Assembly (NCBI GenBank): GCA_016748015.1 | Contig: JAAOMT010000258.1 | Coordinates: 2,173 to 66,172, forward strand | Source: Geosiphon pyriformis uo1 | Lineage: Eukaryota; Fungi; Glomeromycota | Length of the DNA: 64,000 nt | Direction: 5' to 3' | Shown: one piece after another, positions 26,218 to 40,400 of the stretch | Layout: each line of letters opens with the position of its first letter | How positions within the stretch are numbered: position 1 is the first letter of the stretch | Position numbers and translations under genes: made by a program | Notes under the pieces: generated by a model | What the model was told of the DNA's origin: nothing | Databases searched by the model: none | What the model saw: only the letters and a program-made list of their open reading frames with translations

Positions 26218-26229
26218 CTGTAGGTTTAT

Positions 26230-26247
26230 ATCTCACAGGGAGCACCA
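26230..26247 (-). other. Primer-binding site of element C (also 27784-27801, 37381-37398 and 46717-46734 on +)
   Basis: tggtgctccctgtgagat, 2 nt after the 5' LTR; complementary to a tRNA 3' end ...CUCACAGGGAGCACCA. Confidence 0.9.
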
Positions 26248-27813
26248 AATGTTACAAGTGATTTCTTGGGGTCTCAAATCAAATAACAAACTCATAACTT
26301 GGTGCTAAAAATTATTTGCATTAATGTTAATAATCTGAAGGTTTTGGTTTGAGTTCTTTGTATAATAAACAGAAATTCAATAGTTGTTTTATCTGTAACT
26401 TCCCAGAATTGCAATTTTGTTAATTTTTCTCTTGGCATGATGACCAGCAATTCTCTGGTAAGTATTTCGTATCTTCTGTATGTGTCTTATCTTCTCGCAG
26501 GAGTCTTTTACCAGGCAATCTTTGATGTCAATAATCTAGTGCTTTATTTAACCAATTAGTGCACAACAATAAAACCAAAAATAAAAATAAAGAAAAGAAA
26601 TAAAAGAAATAATGAAAAAGCCAAGGCAGTTTTGCAAGTTAGTATCTTATCAATAGTCATGATCAAGAGCTATTGTTCCAGTATGTTTAAGTATTAATTA
26701 CTATCAACATGAAGTGTTGATAGTGGAATTAGGTTTGAGATACCAAATAGTTATTTATTGTATTTGGAAGGTTGTCTAGATGAAATCTAAACTGGGAGAT
26801 CTGTTTTTTCAGCTTCTTATACTACTGCTATATATACATAATTGAGATTCCTCGATTCTTCAATTCTTCACAACAGGAATTCTGGGATTCCTGAAATCCT
26901 GCAATTCCTTTGAGAGAAATTCTAGAATTCTGGAATCCTGCGATTCCTTGTGAGAATCCTGTAATTCCTGGAATTCTGCAATTTCTGAAAGAAATCCTGG
27001 AATTCCATATTTACTATGTTTACTTCTGATTGGCTAATAACTATGCTAATATATATTCCCTATAATTCTATGAGTAACAATGTGAATATATTGTTTAGCA
27101 ATATGAATGTTATTTGTAAAATTATAGCAATTGCTCAAGAATGTAAACAATTTTGTAGAACCCAAATTATGTATATATAGCAAAAGCATTAGAAACAAAA
27201 AAAAGAAAAATTGATACTAGATCTCCTAGTTTAACAACATCTTAATTAGAATTATCAATATCAATAAATAATTATTTACCATCTAAATCATTCTCCCCAT
27301 TATTAACACTTTATGTTAATAGTATTCAATATTTAATCATATTGAAACAATAGCTCTTGATTACAGCTATTAATGGAATACTAATTTTTTATTGTCTTGG
27401 CTTATTTTTTTTATTTTTTTTTATTTTTTTTTGTTTATTGTTGTATACTAATTGATTAAAAATTAAGCACTGAATTATTAACATCAATGATAACCTAATA
27501 AAAGACTCATAAAACAAAGGTAGAAAACTCAAAGATTGAGGATAGCTTATTAAAAGACTGCCAGAATAAACTGACCACTATATTAAAGAAAAAAATTTGA
27601 TGAAATTGTAATTCTGAGAAGCTACAGATAAAACAACACTTAAATCTGTCTATTATACAAAAAACTCAACTAAAACCTTTAGATACCAAAACCTTTAGAT
27701 ATTTAATAATTATATCAGCTATTGAGTACCAAGTTATGGGTTAGTTATTTAATTTGAGACTTCAAATAATCACTTGTAACATTTGGTGCTCTTTGTGAGA
27801 TATAATCCTACAG

Positions 27814-30800
27814 AGAACCAGCATTAATAACAATTATCTAAAAGTGGTAGAATCAGAAAGAATAGGAACAAACCATTTAGGATTTGCCAAATCCTTATTT
27901 TAACATTACTGTTAATACTTAAAATTAATTAGCAATTACCTATTAGCAGAATCAGTTTTTAATTTTTACATCAACAAGAAAATTTTTTATTTCCTAGAAG
28001 CACCAGTAGATATTGAATTAACAAGGGAAAATTTTTACAATAAATTAATCCAAAACACCAGTCCATTAGTAAATTATAATTTTGCATTTATTATTACTAA
28101 AATCAATCAAAAAATTGAAAATTACACTTAACAAAGATATCCAATTATCTATGCAAGCAAAGACAAAGAAAAACTGCAAACATCAGTAGTAACATCTTAA
28201 AAAATACAATTACCAACTTAGAAGAAAACAAGAGTTGAATTACCAATCCATCTATCATATCACTATATATCTAGAAGTGTTATCAACATTTTATCAACAG
28301 GTAAATTCATATCAAATGTAAAAACAGTATCAATACAACTTCTATTTCAAAGTAAACAAAAGAAAGCAGAGTTATTGGAAACCTACAACAATTATTTTAA
28401 AGTATTTAATTCACAATCACCAATACTATCTGGATTTTAATCACTATTAACTCAGCCAAATTTCAGAACTGTAAGTCTTTGGAAAGTAATAAAGTCAAAA
28501 GAAGAAGAAAACAAAGATCAGAAATTTAACTATTAAAACCCAATTTCAGAAAATTCAGAAATTCAAACTCTGATTGTTTTAACTCAGCAAAATCAGAATA
28601 ATTTGAACTTCACCATTATTAATCAACCAAACTTATCTTCAGAAATCATAATTAATTCATCACCAATTGTACTGATTGTTATACAACCCCAACCACAGCT
28701 ACAATCACAACAACAGTCACAACAACTTATAATTACTTCAATAGTCTACACTTCAATTACAAAACTTGAAAAATTCACCAGTAAAAAGGATAATATCCAA
28801 GTTTGGTTAAATAATATTACTAAAAAAATTACAGCAAATAACTATAATAATGTTAGAGCACTTTAAGCAATTCCATATTTTCTTTAAGATACTATCAATT
28901 TATGGTATCAAAATTTTGTTAACAAATCACAAAACTTTAATGTATTTAAAATCGTGTTTCTACAGCATTTTAGTGATAATAATAGTATTAACTACCTAGT
29001 CAATAGTTTTACTACAATCAAACAAGATGATACTGAAGCAGTCACCACTTACTTGGAACATTTCCACAAAAAATTTGCACCAAATACAAGCCATTAAAGC
29101 TGACTACTTTATAGTGCCACAGATTTTGAATCAATTTATGTGTGGATTGCATAGCAGCTTACTATAGAAAGTATGTACAATACACCCAAATACACTCTAA
29201 GATGCAGTCACACATGCCCAAAATTTTGAATCAGCAGAGTTAGAAGCCAACTATGCTCAAGTCATTAATCTAGTAATGAATAGATCATCTGAATTAGACT
29301 CTAAGCTAAAACAATTCAATGACATTATCAATCAGAAAATTAAAAGGTATTTAGCTAATAATAGCAATCAGGCAATTTATCAACTGTCACAATATTGTAA
29401 AAATTCAGAAAATTCTAATCAATCTCAAAATCAGTTATGTCTATATTTATTAAATCAACAGTAGCAGCAAGAGATATGTATTTGCTATTATTGTGATAAA
29501 CAAAGACATATAAAAATAGATTGTCACCAAAGATTAAATAACTAATAATTGGAAATTCAATATTAAAACTCCAATTGCAGATTTTAAATTTCAAACTATG
29601 CCAATAATTCATCAAATGAATCATACCAATATTAGTCTCATTACTTTTAAATAACACAGCCAATTTATCAAGCACCAATTTATCAACACTCAGCCCTAGT
29701 AATTTATTAACCACTTCAAACTCAGCTAATTTACCAATTCCAACCAATTCCAATACCATCACAGAACTTATCTCAAAACAGAAACCAGAAACTGAAAACT
29801 ATACAAATCCATTAAAATTGGTGATTGACAATAGTAATACACCAACTAATTTCCAGTTTAGCAGCCCAACAATCTAGATTATAACAGCAAAATATGAAAA
29901 CTAGCTATGCCCAACATCCAAATGTCTAATGCTATTTAAGTCTCCTAATTATTTCAAAAAACACCCTATTCAATTATCTAGAAACCAACCAAAAACCACT
30001 CACCAACAATATACTTTCAGCAACCATTACAAATAATGAATTACTAATGGCAATTTTTTTCTTTGAATTCGAAGAACCAACAATAACTCTGTTATTCAGT
30101 GGAGCTATCTTGGACACAAAACCCATTATTGCAATGTATATTAATGCCAAGATTGATAGTCAGTTTATCAAATTAATCTTAGACAGTGGTTTGGTAGACA
30201 GCATAATTACTAAACAACTCATGAACCAATTAAGTTGCCAAGTTAATTGTATTGCTAGTGCCAAAATTATCATGGCTAATAGAGCTACCAAGATTTTAAT
30301 CAGCAAAATTGACAACTTTCCAATCAAAATCAATGGCATCAGCATACCAATTAAAGTCAATAGCATCAGCATACCAATCAAAGTTCTTGTTATGAAAGCC
30401 ACTTGGTACCAAGTTCTGGTTGGTAATGACTGGTTGTCTAAGACAAACACTATACTTAATTGAACCACTTAAAAATTGCAATTCAGTCAAGACAGTTAGT
30501 ACACTCAAGTACCAGCCATATATAGTTACTTTAAACCAACTAATACTACTTAAGTTCCACTAATCAAATTAGAAAAAAAGAAAAAAAGACCTACCTGGAA
30601 AGCCTACCAAGTCTCATGGACTAACAATGACTATAATAGCTTACTAGCAATGTCTACATAAGAGAAAAAAAAAAAAAAAAAAAAAAGAGAGAAAAAAAAA
30701 CACCAAGCAACAATATCTATCTATATACTATACACCACTACTATCCAATTACAGCCAAACTATCATCAACTCAAGCTAATTTGCATCAATTGTGACAAAA

Positions 30801-33800
30801 AATTGTCATCAATAAGTGCATATTGTGGTAATAATGAGAAGTGGCTAACAGCAACTAAGTATTACTGCTGCCCATGTGTCCTCAAGTAATTTGAAGACCA
30901 AAAAAACAAGAAAAATGAGACAACAAATCTTGTCTTACATGTAAAATTATTTTACCTAACAAAAAAATATGAAATAATATTCTTGGCAAGAAAAAACATG
31001 TAACAAATTGTGCCAATACATGATTTTAATCAATGACTGGATACAAAAAGAAATACCCATTGATAATGTCTGAAAACAAGCACTAAGGAGATTAAAAGAT
31101 TATCCATATAACAAACATAAGATCTGGAAAATGACAAGTGCAAAAATAGAAGGTGTTTCATTTAGTGAGATATTAGAAATCAAAAATAACTCTCTAATAC
31201 TCTCTAAATCAGAATACATTATAACTTCTAACATCTTAGATAACATCGAAAATGATTTTGAGTAATTCTATAAATATTACCAAAACCTAGTGCTGATTAA
31301 GAAAGAACAAAAACAACAACTAGAACAGCTAAATACTCAATTTTGTTAACACTGTCTGATTTTCTGTGGCTTTTAATATTGTAATAAATGTGACCTCATT
31401 TACAATCTACTATTGTGTATGATCTATATAATTCCTAAAAAGAAAGAACTAATTAGCAGCTGCAAAGTGGAATCAGAATTATTATTTAATCCTGATTCAA
31501 ACTTCAACAATAATGATAAAAACAATGATTCTAGTTCAATCCAAAATGGCAATACTAATAACAATAATTTGAACTCTGATTCAAACCACAAACAATACAT
31601 CGCACTCTTTGATTTTTCAAAGAAGTAAGAACTTAAATGGTTCAGCAATAATGATGAAAATATTATGCCAGAACATGCACATAATACTAATGCAAAATTT
31701 GATTTAAAATATTTAAAAAAAGATGTCATCAAATTAAAACTATATTTACACATATGCATTGATCTAAAAGTAGCACTGGAAATTCTGGCAACAATCATGA
31801 TTTAATTAGCATTTAGATCTAGTTTAGTGAAGAAAGAAATCAATATCAGAAGAGGAATAATTGATGTAGAATATATAAGAAATATCATTGCAATACTACA
31901 ATATGACTCAGAAAAAGAATATATCATTAAACCAAATAAAAAGATAGCACAGACAATATTTTTATCTCTGGTTAAAATAACTCAATTGGTATTAGTGAGA
32001 AAAAGAAAAAAATTAGGGATGACAGCAAGAAGGATAAATGGATTCGGATCTATAAGTAGAATAGATATACCAGTTAACATAACAAAGGAAAAAGTTATTG
32101 ACAAAAGAGAAATTATCTCCACCTTTTAATTAATTTCTATCTTACCATATGATCAGTAAATATTAGTCATAGAAAGGAAAATAAAGAATCAAGTTCAAAT
32201 TTTTAAAGAAGAAACTACAATTTGTGAATCAAGAAAAATTGGACTTACCAATCTTTATATACCAGCCAAAAGCCTTAAACATATCAAAATTTCTATTTAC
32301 AATATAACAGAAAAAATTATTGAAATACTAAAAGAAATTATCATTAAATACTTAAGCACCAAAGTTGAAAACCAATCACCAAGCACTATTCTAGATTTTC
32401 TACAGCTATGCAGATATGTGGATATCATATCATAAACAATATATAAACAAAAAGAATATTATTTGCTCCAATTAAAACAAGTGGAACAAATGAACTTAAA
32501 AAACTTAGACTCATTCTAACAAATGCAACTTAAAATGTTGCTCAACAATTTTACTGACATCTTTACAAATGAAAATAAATTTGGTAGACTTGACATCATC
32601 CAGTACCAGATCAAAACTAGAGATGCAATGCTAATTAAGCAAAGAACATACAGAATACTACCAGCAAGCCATGAAATTATCCAACAAAAAATTAACAAAA
32701 TGTTTGACAATGGGTTAATTCAATTATTAATGAGTCTATGGTCATTACCAGTAGTACTAGTTTATAAAAAGAATAGAAAAATTCATTTTTATGTAGATTA
32801 TAGAAAACTCAATGATGTAATTTGTAGAAACAGCTACTCCATTCCACAAATCTAAAAATTATTTAATGCTTTCGGAAGAAAGAAATAGTTCTCAATACTA
32901 AATCTAGATAGTGGTTACTAGTAAGTAGTTATGAATTCAGCCAACAAAAAAAAACTACATTTACTATTAGAGAAGAGAATTTTGAATTTAAAGTCATGCC
33001 ATTCAGCTTAACCAACACTCCAACCATATTTCAATAGCTTATTAAAATTGTTTATACTAGACTACTATGGAAATCAGTAGTTATATATTTAGATGACACC
33101 AATGTGTTCTCAAGAACATTCAATAATTATTTGTATTATTTTTAGCAAGTATTTGGGAGATTAAAAAGAGCAGGATTGAAACTAAATGCAACCAAGTGAT
33201 TTTTTGGCAAAATGGAATTAAAATTTCTAGAACATGTTATAAGCAAAAATGGCATTAAAACAGATCCAAACAAAATTGAGACAGTTAAAAATTTTCTAGT
33301 ACTTATTAACTTGATAGAACTACAAGCATTCTTAAAATTTACTAGATACTACTACTACTTTATTCAGAATTTCTCAAAATAGCTCAACTATTTCACCAGC
33401 TTCAAGCTAAAAATGTAAAATATAAATAGACAGAAACTCAGCAAAAAGCTTTTAATATATTAAGAAGAAAGCTTATCCAAACACCAATATTAATCTATTC
33501 AGATCACAACAAACTATTTATTATCACCACTGATGTATCAAGCTAAGTATTGGGAGCAGTACTATTTCAGAGAGAACTAAATAAAAGAGAATATCCAGTA
33601 GCATATGCTAGTCACAGTTTAAGTTCAGCTGAAAAAAACTATAGAACATCAGCACTAGAACACTTAGCTATCTATTGAACAGTCATGAAATAGAAAAAAT
33701 ACTTAAGCCAAAAATTTGATATATATACTGATTATAAAGAATTGATATCAATCCAGAAGCAAGAATTTAGAAATGACTGTCAGATGAAAAATAGAACTTT

Positions 33801-35273
33801 TACTATTCAAATATACAGTACATTATAAAAAGAGAAAAAAAAACAGAAATGCCAATAGTTTATTACAAATAAGACAAATCTAAAAACATTCCAATCCAAA
33901 AATTTAACAAAAGATAAATACACAAAAATATTAACAACTCCAACATTATATTAATATCCAGCAGTTTAAGGTGAAATTATCTCAAAAAAACAAAACAACA
34001 TAAAACAACAATCAAAATATTTTATCATTTACCAAAATATATTATATAGAAAAACAGAAAAAATCTAAATCAACCATTTAGAATAGTTACAAAATCAAAA
34101 AAAAAACAATACTATACAACATACACTCAGATTTAATAGCAAGACATTTTTATAAAAAAGCAATCATAAAAAAAACCAGAAAAAAATATTATTGGCCATT
34201 AATATATCCAGATATTATCTAATATGTTCAAAATTGTGATACTTGTCAGAGAAGAAAAAGAACAAAACTCAGTAAGCCACTAAGACCAATTAAAATAGAA
34301 CAACTATTTGATTGTATTGGAATTGACTTAGTTGAACCATTAACAATAACTAACAGAGGGAACAGATATATTGCAGTAGTCATAAACTATCTTACCAAAT
34401 GGCCAAAGGTAAAAGCAATTCAAAAACAAATGCAAAATTTGTAGCTAAATTCATTTATCAAGATTTAATTTGTTAACATAGATGTCCAAAAAAATTGTTA
34501 TCAAATCAAAAAACTAACTTTGTAAACAGAACATTGACAGAATTAAGCCAAAGATTTGGAATCAAGAGACCATTATTATTACCATATTATCCACAAACAA
34601 ATGGTTTAGTTACAGAACATTGTGTGAAACAATTGTCAAAATCAGCTAAAAAAACCAGGATAAATAAAATTTGTTTATACCATTAGTACTATTTGCTTAT
34701 CAAACAATGAAGCAAAATACCATATAAACAACACTATTTGAATTTGTTTATGATAAAACAGCAATATTATTAGTAGAGATAAATATTAACACATATCTAA
34801 CAGAACCAATAACAGAAGCCAACTTACAAAAAAAATTGCTAAAAAAAATGTATAAACTAATAGAAACTTTGGAAAACAAAAAACAGAAAGCAGCTGATAA
34901 CATTCAAAGATCACAAAAAAAACAACATTATAAACAATTACCAGATAAACCAGTTGAATTTAGAATTAGAAACAAAGTATTTTTATATTATACCAAAATA
35001 AAAAAACAATGAAATAGAAAATTTAACCCCAAATAGGACAAACCATTTTACATAGAAGAAATTCTAAAAAATAAAGCTTATAAATTAAGATAAGACAACA
35101 AAATCTTAGCTAAAGCAGTACATTATAATTGATTAAAATCATATTACAATACAGTACTATCATTTACTAGTAATATTTTATAACTAAAAGTATAATGAAT
35201 ATTAGTCCAATTAGATAAGATTTTATAAGATCTAGAACCAATTATAATTATTAATTTAAACATGTCAAATTAA
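27814..35273 (+). pseudogene. Element D gag-pol: protease ~30120-30470, Cys-rich ~30775-31420, dUTPase ~31665-32060, RT with YLDD at ~33086, RNase H, integrase
   Basis: ORFs 28603, 29276, 30047, 31413, 31827, 32523 and 34495 are colinear with element C. Confidence 0.92.
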
Positions 35274-35961
35274 TTGACCAAAAGAGTATATAAAGACACA
35301 GTATATGTGACAAAAAAACCAAAGAAAATGGAAATACCAGACCATATCTACATCTTAGCTCAACAATTATTTTAGATCTTAAATTAACAATAATTGGACA
35401 TGGAAATTACTATTAACCACCAAACAATCTGCTATCAAAACACCAAGCAAAAAGAAAAAAGTATACTATACTAGTAATCATAAAACCAACCAAAAAACTG
35501 GTTAGATAAAATAGTAGAAAAAGTGAAAAACACTTTGGGAAAAATATCCATTATGGTTTCAACTGAAAAACTCACCAAAAAAAATTAAAATCAGTGAATA
35601 GAACAACTTTTAATATCATATTGTTATTATTAGTTGGAACAAAAATTGAATATTCAGAAATTATATCTTGATAAATCTAAAAAAATATTTAATTCAGAGA
35701 TAATACAGAATATTGAAAACATTATTGGAAAGAAAACAAATCTGATACTACACATCAAAACAATCTATTAACTATACACAATATTTTAAAACTATCCAGA
35801 AATATTGCTACATACCAACATAGAGACAATAACCATTAACCAATAAAGAAAATGAACAACTTACAAATTAAAGATATAAGAAGCAAAATTGAACAAACAA
35901 TATTAAAAAGAGAAGTTATGGACTTAATTCAAAATGAAAATTTTGACAAAGCTCAATATTA
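35274..35961 (+). pseudogene. Element D ORF3
   Basis: KMEIPDHIYILAQQLF...FDKAQY; homologous to 17980-18636 and 44751-45438. Confidence 0.7.
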
Positions 35962-37410
35962 AAAGGAGAAGATAATATTATTTATAGAAAAACATACAAA
36001 ATAATAATAGAAAAAACAGATAGATCAATAAGAGAATAGTAGCTAACATGTAAACATATTGCTTAAAAAATTATAGTACATTACTTAAGAATGTGAGCAA
36101 TTTCATAAAACCCAAATTATATATATATAGCAAGAATATTAGAAGCAGAAAAGAGAAGAATTGATACTAAATCTTCCAGTTTAACAACATCTTAATTAGA
36201 ATCATCAATATTAATAAATAATTATTTACTATCTAAATCACTCTTTCCATTATCAATACTTCATGTTGATAATATTCGATACTTAATTATACTAAAACAA
36301 TAGCTCTTGATCACAGCTATTAACAGGATACTAATTTTTTATTGTCTTGGCTTATTTTTTTATTTTATTTTATTTTATTTTATTTTTGTTTATTGTTATA
36401 TCCTAATTAATTAAGAATTAAGTACTAAGTTATTGATATCAAGAATAGTTTGATAAAAGACTCATAAAATAAGAATAGAAAACTCAAAGATTGAAAATAG
36501 CTTACTAGAAGGGCATAACTGCCAAAATAAACCAGCTACCATGTTAAAAAAAAAATTTGATAGAATTGTGATTCTGGTATTATTTATAAAGAAAACATAT
36601 AAAAGAAAATAGTAAGAAAACAAATAGACCAATAGAAAAGTAGTAGTTAGCAAGTAAGCACATTGCTCAACAATGTGGAACAATATTAGAAAATTAGGGC
36701 ACATTGCTCAAGAAATCATAGCACATTGCTTGAAAATATAAGCAATTTTATAGAACCTAAATTATGTATATATAGCAAGAATATTAGAAGCAGAAAAGAG
36801 AGAATTAGAACCAAAATCTCCTTAGTATCATATCTTTATTAGCATTATTAATATTAATAAATAATTATTTACTATCTAAATTACTCTTCCCATTATCAAC
36901 ACTTTATGTTGATAGTAATTAATACTTAATTACACTGGAACAATAGCTTTTAATTATGACTATTGATAAAATATTAATATTCATTGCCTTGGCTTATTTC
37001 TTTATTTTTTTTATTTTCTTTTGTTATTTATTGTTGTTAACTAATTGATTAAAAGTTAAAGTGCTGAGTTATTGATATTAAAAATTGTCTGGTAAAAAAC
37101 TCTTGCAAAAGAGTAAACACTTGAATTTAAAAATTGCTTACCAGAAAATTGCCAACCATCAAGCCAAGAAAAGAATTGATAGAATTGTGATTCTAAAAGG
37201 CTACTAAAAACAATTATTGAATCTCTGTTCATTATACAAAGAACTCAACCAAAACCTTCAGATTATGGAAACCTTCAGATAACTAAAATCTTTAGATATT
37301 ACCAAAATAATTTAGCTATTGAGCACCAAATTATGGATTTGTTATTTAATTTAAGATCCCAAATAATCACCTGTAACATTTGGGGCTCTCTGTAAAATAT
37401 AAATCTACAG

Positions 37411-40400
37411 AAAACCAGCACTAATACACAACTATCTAAAAGTGGTAGAATCAGAAAGAATAAGAACAAACTATTTAGAATTTGCCAAATTCTTATTCTA
37501 GTATTATTGTCAACACTTGAGATTAACCAACAATCACCTATTAGCAGAATCCACCTTCAATTTCTATATTAACAAGAGAATCTTATATTTGCTAAGAGTA
37601 CCAATAGAAACTAATTCAGCAAAAAGAAATTTCTACAACAAATTAATTCTAAATACCAGCCTACCAGCAAATTATAACTTTACAGCAATCCTTACTAAAA
37701 TTAATAGAGAAATTAAAAATCACACTCAACAAAGATACTCCATCATTTACACAAACAAAGACAAAGAAAAAATACAAACACCAGTAGTAACATCTTAAAG
37801 AATACAACCACTTACTTGAAAGAAAACAAGAATAGAATCACCAACCAACTAATCATATCACTATACATCCAGAAGCACTATCAACATTTTATCACCAGGC
37901 ATATTTACCTTAAAAGCAAAACTCTCATTAGTCCAACTCCCATTTTAAAGTAAACAAAAAAAAGCAGAATTATTAAGAACCTATGATAATTATTTTGAAG
38001 GATTTAAATCGTGATTACCAACACTATCAAGATTTTGATAACCACCATCTCAACCAGATTTCAGAGCCATAAGTTCTTGGAAAGTAACAGAATCAGAAGA
38101 AGAAGAAAACAAGAATTGAGAATTTAATTATTAAAACCTGATCCCAAAAAACCCAGAAATCAAAACTCTGAATAATCAAACTCAGCAAAATCAGAACAAT
38201 CTAAATTCTGATATCATTAATCAGCAAAACTTACCTCTAGAATTCGTGATAGATTTACTATCAGTTGCCACACTATTATTACAGCTAATATAATCACAAC
38301 AATTATTTCAACAATCATTACAACAATAACAACAAATTGCAGCACAAATGGCCTACACTCCAATCACCAAAATAGAAAAATTTACTGGCGAAAAAGATAA
38401 CACCCAAGTATGATTAAATAATGTGAAAAAAACCATCACAGCCAATAGATAGAACAACACTAGAGTACTACAAGCTATTTCTTATTTTCTCCAGAATATT
38501 GCCGACTTGTAGTATTAAAGTTTGGCCCAAAAACCCAAACTTTTAATGTGTTCAAACAAGAATTTCTAAAATATTTTAGCAACAATAATAGCATTAACCA
38601 CCTAGCTAATATATTCACCACTATTAAACAAGAAAATGTCAAAGCAGTCACTACTTACTTGGGATGCTTTCACAGGAATCTATGTCAAATTTAGGCAATA
38701 CAAGCTAATTATTTTACTATGTCACAAATCTTAAATCAATTTATCAGAGATCTGTGCAGTAGCATTTTCCAATATGTATATTCATTACATTCAGCAGATT
38801 TTCAAGCCACAGTTACAAATGCCCAAGATTTTGAGACAGCTAAATTAGAAGCCAATCATGCCTAAGCTATGAATCTAGTAATAAATAGATCATCTGACTT
38901 GAATTCCAAATTGAAGCAGTTTAGTAATTTAATCAATCAGAAATTAGAGGAATACTTAACTAACAATCAAGTAATCTATCAACCTTCACAATAATGTAAT
39001 AATACAGGAAACTCAAATCATTTTCAAAATCAGGCATGTTTATTATTATCAACCAATTAACCATGGCAATCAAAGATATGTATTTGCTACAATTGTGGTA
39101 AACAAAGTCACATTAGAGTTAGCTGCTAAATTTATAACAATAACTCATAATCAGAAAATCAATATTGAAATCCTGATCGCAGATTTCAAACTCTAAGTTA
39201 TTACTCAAATTAAGATCAATATTAATCTAATTATACCCAAATGATATAACAACTAATATATATACCTTCAATATATTAACTAACAACACCTGTTATATAT
39301 CAATTACTGCAGCCACAACTAATTTATCAATCTTAATCCATTCAAATACCACCACAAATGACTGTGCTCAATGAAAATCAGAGGCCAGGAACTATTCAAC
39401 AAAACTAGATATCAGCAATAGTTGTTCATCAACCAATTTTCAGCATATTCCAACAACTCTCAAAATCATGTCCAAAAAATTTGGAAACTAAGTATACCCA
39501 AAACCCAAGTTCTTAAAACTATTTAAGTCTCTTGGTTACTCCAGAAAACACCTCACTTAACAACTTGAAAACCAATCAGAAACCACTTACTAACAACATT
39601 TTATCAGCAATTGTTACCAATGATAACTCATTAACAGTTATTTTCCCCTTTAAACTTGAGAAACAGTTTGAAATGCCTTTTTTTAATAGTGCTGTCCTCA
39701 AAGAAAAACCCATAACTGCAATATATATCAATGCTAAAACTGATGATTACTATATTAAGTTAATTTTGGTCAACAGGTCAACAGACAACATCATCACTCA
39801 ACAACTTATGAACCAATTAGATTGCTGAGTTGATTGCACTGTCAGCACTAGAATTATTATTGCTAATAGAGCAACAAAGACTCCAATCAGCGATATTGAT
39901 GACTTCTCTTTTAAAGTTAATGGCATTATTATATCCATCAAAGTCTTAATTATAGAAGTCATCCAATATCAAGCTTTTATTAGTAATGACTGGCTGACTA
40001 AAGCAAATGCTGTACTTGATTGGACTACTTAAGAATTACAGCTCAGCCAGAATGGACACCACATTCAAATACCAGCCACATACAGTTATTTTAAACCACA
40101 TACTATATCAGCACTGTTAATTGATTTGGAAAAAGAAAACAAACCTATTTAAGAAGCCTATCAAGTTTTGTAAGCTGATACCAATTACAATAAACTGCCA
40201 CCAGTATTTTCTTGGAATAACAAGAAAAAAGAAAAAAAAAAAGACAAACTTAAAGAAACTACAGCCACAAAAAAAATAACTAATAGCTAGAAACAATTAT
40301 ACTTACATGAACTCATCAAAGAGCCATCATATATTCTTCTCAAATGTCAAGATTACGACAAGAAACTATTCTTTATGGGAGCATAGATAGTACTTGACAA

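Larger units (their letters stand above)
17171..27079 (-). mobile_element. Gypsy element C, full length (9.9 kb) and least eroded: 5' LTR 26250-27079, 3' LTR 17171-17966
   Basis: TG...CA LTR pair, PBS, PPT and all pol domains. TSD atgt (27080-27083), with its partner acat at 17081-17084 in the flipped spacer. Confidence 0.95.
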
